Virus record (IMG/VR): IMGVR_UViG_3300042451_000642
Source of the DNA: an uncultured virus (IMG/VR IMGVR_UViG_3300042451_000642)
Taxonomy: Duplodnaviria; Heunggongvirae; Uroviricota; Caudoviricetes
Length of the DNA: 64,000 bases
Strand: one strand, 5' to 3'
A program made the translations under genes and the position numbers. This document shows positions 59,206-64,000 of this stretch, in pieces (position 1 is the first letter of the stretch; each line of letters starts with the position of its first letter). The notes under the pieces are model-generated. The model did no database searches, had not been told where the DNA came from, and worked only from the letters and a program-made list of their open reading frames with translations.

Positions 59206-59466
59206 ATGAGAAGAAAGAAACCATATATGGATGATATCCATAAGACCACGCCCGTAACCATCACCTATAAGTTCTATAATGATACGGTGATAATGAAGAG
59301 AGATGTATATGATTTAACAATCAGGGACCTAATGGAACTAAATCGGTCCATGGTGGTGAATGTCTTTGATGAACAACTCTATCAGGAGTATATTATCCAA
59401 TTAGCAGGGGAGTTAACAAAGAAAAAGAATCCAATTAAGAACTTTATAGATAGAATACTAAGATAA
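59206..59466 (+). CDS. Hypothetical protein
   Basis: 86-aa ORF after a promoter motif. Confidence 0.6.
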   Translation: MRRKKPYMDDIHKTTPVTITYKFYNDTVIMKRDVYDLTIRDLMELNRSMVVNVFDEQLYQEYIIQLAGELTKKKNPIKNFIDRILR

Positions 59467-59467
59467 A

Positions 59468-59499
59468 TTTGGAATATACGGAATAATATGTTATATTTG
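59468..59499 (+). promoter_or_regulatory. Bacteroidota-type promoter
   Basis: TTTG-N20-TATATTTG; ATG 4 nt downstream. Confidence 0.7.
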
Positions 59500-59503
59500 T
59501 GTT

Positions 59504-60892
59504 ATGGGAAATAAATTAAAGGCAATACCAGGAACAAGATTCAATATAATAACCATCATAAAGGAAACCGAGGGTAAAAGATATAAGGATGGAACCCTTG
59601 CAAGGATGGTTACAATTCAATGTGATTGTGGTAACATAAGGGATAAGAATTTGGCACTTGTATTAAGAGGTGAGGTAAAGAGTTGTGGGTGTTTATCAGG
59701 TAAAGGTGATTTAACCAAAGATCAAGTAGGGAAGAAATATAATATGTTAACTATTACGGGGGAAGCACCTAAGAGACGTTCAAAAGGAGGTCATAGTCAA
59801 AGGTTCGTTAAGGTTAAGTGTGATTGTGGTAGTAAAGAGTACGAGGTCCAACTAAGTGCTATTGTCAGTGAAAATACAAAATCCTGTGGATGTTCCAAAT
59901 TAAATGGTGGTATAAAAAATAAGATAGATTATATAGGAAAGAGATATGGTAGATTAACTATTATAAAGGAATTACCTGGAGTAAGAAAACCTGGAGGATC
60001 CATTCAAAGAATTATGGAATGTAGATGTGATTGTGGTGTAGTTAAACCACTAAGAATATCTGACATAAGAAGTGGAAGGACAACATCGTGCGGATGTTAT
60101 ATGAGACAGGTGTCAAGTGAATCAAATGCCATGAATGTGGAAATTGGTACAAAGAGAGGATTCATGACATTACTAAAAGAAACTGACAAGGTAACAAAAT
60201 ACAAGAAAGATGGTGGAATGTCAAGTAGTATAAGGTATGTAATGGTTAAATGTGACTCTTGTGGTGATATTGAGGAGATGACCCTTCATAGGTTCATAAC
60301 GGAATCACAACCAATCCATTGTGGATGTTTGACATCCAAAACAACCATGGGGAGATTAAATAGTAAAGAGATGATTATTGAGCGGTATAATAGTCTTGAG
60401 ATTCTTAAGGAACTTGATGAGGTTGAATATTATACACATGATGGGGTAATATATAAACAAAGGATGGTAGAATGTAGATGTGAATGTGGTAGTGTTGATT
60501 CTTACAAATATAAAGATTTATTATTAAGTAATATAAAGTCTTGTGGATGTAAGAGTCATTTTGATAGTCATGGGTTATGTAAGAATGAAAATACTCGACG
60601 AATGTATCAAAGATGGAAAAACATGTTGAGTAGATGTTATAATCAAAGAGATGTACATTATCATCATTATGGAGGTAGAGGAATTGGAGTATGTGAAAGA
60701 TGGAGAGAGTCATGTGAGAACTGGATTGAGGATATGGGATTTCCACCTACATGGGAAGACACTAACGATAGAATCGATGTGAATGGTGACTATGGACCAG
60801 ATAACTGTAGATGGGCAGACCATAAAACTCAGAGTATTAATAAGAGAAGTAGTAAGTGGTATAGGAATGGAGAAAAAAATCCCACCATATAA
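59504..60892 (+). CDS. HNH-type endonuclease with five CxCG...CGC zinc-binding repeats
   Basis: Five CDCG/CECG...(S/H)CGC units; W.NM..RC, YGGRGI.VC, DRID.NG.Y.P.NCRW. Confidence 0.8.
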   Translation: MGNKLKAIPGTRFNIITIIKETEGKRYKDGTLARMVTIQCDCGNIRDKNLALVLRGEVKSCGCLSGKGDLTKDQVGKKYNMLTITGEAPKRRSKGGHSQRFVKVKCDCGSKEYEVQLSAIVSENTKSCGCSKLNGGIKNKIDYIGKRYGRLTIIKELPGVRKPGGSIQRIMECRCDCGVVKPLRISDIRSGRTTSCGCYMRQVSSESNAMNVEIGTKRGFMTLLKETDKVTKYKKDGGMSSSIRYVMVKCDSCGDIEEMTLHRFITESQPIHCGCLTSKTTMGRLNSKEMIIERYNSLEILKELDEVEYYTHDGVIYKQRMVECRCECGSVDSYKYKDLLLSNIKSCGCKSHFDSHGLCKNENTRRMYQRWKNMLSRCYNQRDVHYHHYGGRGIGVCERWRESCENWIEDMGFPPTWEDTNDRIDVNGDYGPDNCRWADHKTQSINKRSSKWYRNGEKNPTI

Positions 60893-60893
60893 T

Positions 60894-61781
60894 CTTCACC
60901 TGTTCACGTTTACGTGAACGTTCACTGTCCGTGAACATAGGTATTTTGTGAACACCTTTACTATCCTGAAGGGAGGAGACGAGAGTCTCCGACCGACAAT
61001 TACACCCTATAAAATTACCCCTCAGAACCCCTCCATAGGGGTTTTATTTTACCCCGAATTTTTTCCTGTTTATACCACTAAAAACCCTACTTTTTCCTGT
61101 CTGTTTTATCGTGATCAATTAATATATCTAAAACTATCTTTTTCTATCCCATATTTGGGTTCTAGTATAATTTATCCACAATTCCCCACTTTCTCCCACT
61201 TACTAGGAATGTTCACTGGGATTGACCCGTGAGCGAATCACAGACCATTTTATTTTTTCTACCAGAATATACCCCTAATATCATTATATTATTACGGTCG
61301 GACTCTTCGAGTCCTCCCTTCAGGATGTCATACAACGTCTTAGTATAACCCTTTATATATTATATTAATCTGTCATACATTAGGTTCCACGTGGAACCCT
61401 GAAGGGGGACCGAAGGTCCCCCGTATAATAGAATATTCGTAATACAGGATGAAGGGGACCGAAGGTCCCCGAGTATACTTATAATACTTTTATACGGTCC
61501 TGATGTGATACGTCTATAATCCCTGAACCGTAATACAAACATTACTGGGGAAACCCACCCATGGGAAATAGTTTGCCAAACAACATTAAGATTACTGGGG
61601 AGACCAATATTGTTTGGCAGATTATACGGGGACCTTCGGTCCCCTTCAGGAGAATCTCGGAATAATCCTATGGAAATTAAAAAAACCCTTAGGGATTTTC
61701 CGAAGGGTTCTTAGTATAGTACAATATATGTCTTACAAGGAAAGGATGAAGGGGGACCGAAGGTCCCCCGTAAGTAATACG
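60894..61781. repeat. Non-coding region with hairpin repeats and palindromes
   Basis: GGGGACC-GAA-GGTCCCC at 61405, 61454, 61752 (+) and 61628 (-); variant hairpins at 60975 and 61300; GTTCAC/GTGAAC palindromes at 60902-60936; GGTTCCACGTGGAACC at 61383-61398. Confidence 0.9.
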
Positions 61782-62666
61782 TTATATCCATTTATAAATA
61801 AAGTTGAACTTATCTAAATTACTTGAAAAACGAACAGGAACTAAATCATTTGATTTAAGTATGTATTTTATTCTTTCTGTTAATAGTGTTTCTAATAGTT
61901 CTTTTTTAGGTACTGCATAATCTTCAGAAAGTTTTGGGTACTCTATATAGATTGGCATGAAATCGAAGTCTACTTCCCCAGTAATCTTGTTGTGGCTTCT
62001 TGCATCACATTTGAACTTAAGTTTAACATTTTTGGGGAATTTATAATATACCTTGATTTGTTTTAATTCACCATCATCTCCCATACTCGTATTGATTTCA
62101 TCTGGTATTGTAAAGGTTCCCTCCTCGACGAAGTCAAGATGAACCTGAAGGTTATGTGGAGTATTCTTTTGGGATTGGAGTTGTCTCAGACCTCTATTAA
62201 TTCTTTCCAAGGTGGTGTCGTCGAGTTCCATTACAGATCTGAATCCCACGGGATCTTTAAGAAAAGTCATCAGAGTCTTTACTTTACGAACTTCTTTTGT
62301 CCATTGAAGTATCTCCACGGGTAATACAGTGTCCATTGCACTGTTTAAGTTAAATCCAATGAATTCATTCATTCCCCCAGTAAATAATAGGTCACTGATC
62401 CTCACCATGGTTTCACCCATCTCATTACCATCTTTATCCATGTACTCGTCATACATGGGCTTGAACTTCTCCGCAATCTCGGTCATCAACTTGAATATTA
62501 TATCTGGTTGGACCTGAGTCTCACGTATTACGATGTTCAAGTAAGATCCAAATGTACCAAAAGTTTCAGGTAGTGTATAATAAATCTCACCGTTTATTGA
62601 GTTCAGCGGACCCCTCAGAGATTTTACGAATCTCTCGAAATCTGATTTGTCTAAAATTTTTCCCAT
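61782..62666 (-). CDS. Hypothetical protein
   Basis: 294 aa; TATTTAT 4 nt upstream of the ATG on the minus strand. Confidence 0.7.
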   Translation of the reverse strand: MGKILDKSDFERFVKSLRGPLNSINGEIYYTLPETFGTFGSYLNIVIRETQVQPDIIFKLMTEIAEKFKPMYDEYMDKDGNEMGETMVRISDLLFTGGMNEFIGFNLNSAMDTVLPVEILQWTKEVRKVKTLMTFLKDPVGFRSVMELDDTTLERINRGLRQLQSQKNTPHNLQVHLDFVEEGTFTIPDEINTSMGDDGELKQIKVYYKFPKNVKLKFKCDARSHNKITGEVDFDFMPIYIEYPKLSEDYAVPKKELLETLLTERIKYILKSNDLVPVRFSSNLDKFNFIYKWI

Positions 62667-62677
62667 AGATATAAATA

Positions 62678-62708
62678 TAAAAAAAAAGGTTCCATTGTGG
62701 TGGAACCT
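62678..62708 (-). terminator. Intrinsic terminator
   Basis: A-run followed by AGGTTCCA-TTGTGG-TGGAACCT. Confidence 0.7.
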
Positions 62709-62734
62709 CTTAGTAATACATGTGTGTAATAAGA

Positions 62735-62914
62735 CTATCGTCCCATTAACTCGTTACGGAACTGTACGGCCTTTCTCTTGCTTGAGAAATTCTTAGAGTA
62801 CTTAGTACCATTAACACTTACACGTACACGGTAAGATGAACCATCATGATAGATGTTGTCGGCAACAGGAACATATGTAGTAACTGTGGTGCGACGGGAT
62901 GTTGTTTTTTTCAT
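62735..62914 (-). CDS. 59-aa AP2-like DNA-binding protein (not in track)
   Basis: NIYHDGSSYRVRVSVNGTKYSKNFSSKRKAVQFRNEL. Confidence 0.6.
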   Translation of the reverse strand: MKKTTSRRTTVTTYVPVADNIYHDGSSYRVRVSVNGTKYSKNFSSKRKAVQFRNELMGR

Positions 62915-63060
62915 TTGTGACTATTTTAAGTTTATATATAAAATATAACAAATAATATCCAAATAAAAAAATCCTGCCAAAAAATATTTTACCCCAGTAA
63001 ACTTAGACCATCTTGCTGTTGGTCAGAGGTGAATTCCCCAGTAATGTTCCGAGTCCCTGA

Positions 63061-63201
63061 TCAGGTCCCACTGTTGAGATATCTATCTCCCCACTTCTTG
63101 GTCATATAGGCATCATACCTATGTACCTTGTTCGGGTTGAACAGGAATATCACGAAGTAGTAATCCCACTTCCACTCTAAATCTTTTAAAAACTTCTTCA
63201 T
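63061..63201 (-). CDS. 46-aa hypothetical protein (not in track)
   Basis: MKKFLKDLEWKWDYYFVIFLFNPNK...KKWG. Confidence 0.55.
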   Translation of the reverse strand: MKKFLKDLEWKWDYYFVIFLFNPNKVHRYDAYMTKKWGDRYLNSGT

Positions 63202-63227
63202 ATGATGTTGTTTATTCCCCAGTAATG

Positions 63228-63428
63228 TTATCCCATCTTCTCCTTCCTGAGGATGTCGGTCAGAAGATTTTTGTGATTTTGAACGATTACACCGTGCTGT
63301 TTCTTAAGAGCTTCCTCTAAGGACATTCGTTTGTGTGTAATCTTCCAATTGATTCTGTCGGTCGACTCCCATCGTTCCCAATGCTTACCACTAGGTGAGA
63401 GCTGAATTCTACTGTGAATCTTTTTCAT
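63228..63428 (-). CDS. Hypothetical protein
   Basis: Start at MKKIHSRIQ, downstream of a minus-strand promoter motif. Confidence 0.55.
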   Translation of the reverse strand: MKKIHSRIQLSPSGKHWERWESTDRINWKITHKRMSLEEALKKQHGVIVQNHKNLLTDILRKEKMG

Positions 63429-63451
63429 TTGTTTTTTATTTGATAATTCCG

Positions 63452-63483
63452 CAAAGGTACGGTGTTTAAGGGTTAATACCAAA
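63452..63483 (-). promoter_or_regulatory. Bacteroidota-type promoter overlapped by an inverted repeat
   Basis: TTTG-N20-TACCTTTG on the minus strand; GTTTAAGGGTT/AACCCTTAAAC inverted repeat at about 63463-63491. Confidence 0.6.
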
Positions 63484-63486
63484 CCC

Positions 63487-64000
63487 TTAAACAAATTCTT
63501 CAGTTTTAATCATATTGAAATCAATTGACTTCAGTTTGAATACTAAGTAGTCGATTGCTATTCCCACAATCTTTCCATTGTGCTTGGCTACAAGAAGTCG
63601 GTAGGAACCATCCCCATAACCTGAAGACGATACTACCCCAGTATTATATGATCCCCACTGTTGGCTTGACAAGGTTAATCTACACATCTTCTCATACCAC
63701 TTATCTCCCTCACCCTCACACGGTAACATAAAGTCCATCTTAGGTGCTGTTATCTCGTCAGCAATGGAATCATTCCTATAGGACTCCATATCAAATATCC
63801 CACACTGACCTGAGTCAACACCGATATCTGCTGCGGTAACTGTTCTCCAAGACAAATCGTCCTCCACATAATCCTTGTGGACAGCAACAAGTGCTGCACA
63901 TCTTGTACCCCAACCACCGGTCTCATCCGATTTGAATGCTGTGGAGGAGTACTCACCAGGTAATACATCTGTCAACTTATGCTGACACCAGGTAGGGACA
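63487..64000 (-). CDS. DUF4241-like protein, probably extending past the window edge
   Basis: IGVDSGQCGIFD, SSGYGDGSY. Confidence 0.65.
   Translation of the reverse strand, partial: VPTWCQHKLTDVLPGEYSSTAFKSDETGGWGTRCAALVAVHKDYVEDDLSWRTVTAADIGVDSGQCGIFDMESYRNDSIADEITAPKMDFMLPCEGEGDKWYEKMCRLTLSSQQWGSYNTGVVSSSGYGDGSYRLLVAKHNGKIVGIAIDYLVFKLKSIDFNMIKTEEFV

Noticed and set aside
500..60746. Numerous 60-150 aa antisense or off-frame ORFs in the track
   Set aside because: They are shadows of longer motif-bearing genes; only the dcm-nested ORF shows an independent protein-like pattern.
61398..61770. CRISPR array
   Set aside because: The repeats are irregularly spaced, occur in both orientations, lack uniform spacers, and no cas gene is present in the window.
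60948..61817. Track ORFs 60948..61232, 61360..61542 and 61614..61817
   Set aside because: They translate hairpin or low-complexity DNA, have atypical composition and show no protein motifs.
1..64000. Stop-codon or CGG reassignment in phage genes
   Set aside because: Conserved genes are full-length in the standard code and end in TAA, TAG or TGA. CGG aligns with AGA in paralogues.

Overview
AT-rich, gene-dense segment of a large tailed phage genome (T4-like/'huge phage' style), probably infecting Bacteroidota: it has repeated TTTG-N20-TAnnTTTG promoters, no obvious Shine-Dalgarno sites and Bacteroidota-like host genes. The standard genetic code is used. Left to right: (1) 1-12 kb, the 3' part of a tail-fibre gene, three paralogous ~370-aa fibre/propeller proteins, two accessory proteins, a radical SAM-SPASM enzyme, a U32-family Fe-S protein, a SAM methyltransferase, a tRNA with a serine-type body but a CCG (Arg) anticodon, an outer-membrane beta-barrel and an inner-membrane permease; (2) 12-26 kb, a minus-strand sugar/glycosyltransferase island (epimerases, glf, GT2/GT4, PhyH, deacetylase) containing a recombination scar and a mini-protein resembling part of a T4-type major capsid protein; (3) 26-61 kb, mostly plus-strand early/accessory genes (thyA, PcfJ-like pair, three DNA methyltransferases, iscU/iscA, a peptidoglycan hydrolase, rmlC, a DnaA-C HTH protein, a PlcP/LpxH-like phosphoesterase with a GT2, sulfotransferase-like paralogues, an HNH-type nuclease) interleaved with TATTTAT-preceded genes carrying putative head-targeting leaders; (4) a ~0.9 kb non-coding convergence zone at 60.9-61.8 kb packed with hairpins, palindromes and polarised TACTGGGG motifs. 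All protein calls come from motif recognition by eye, not from database searches.
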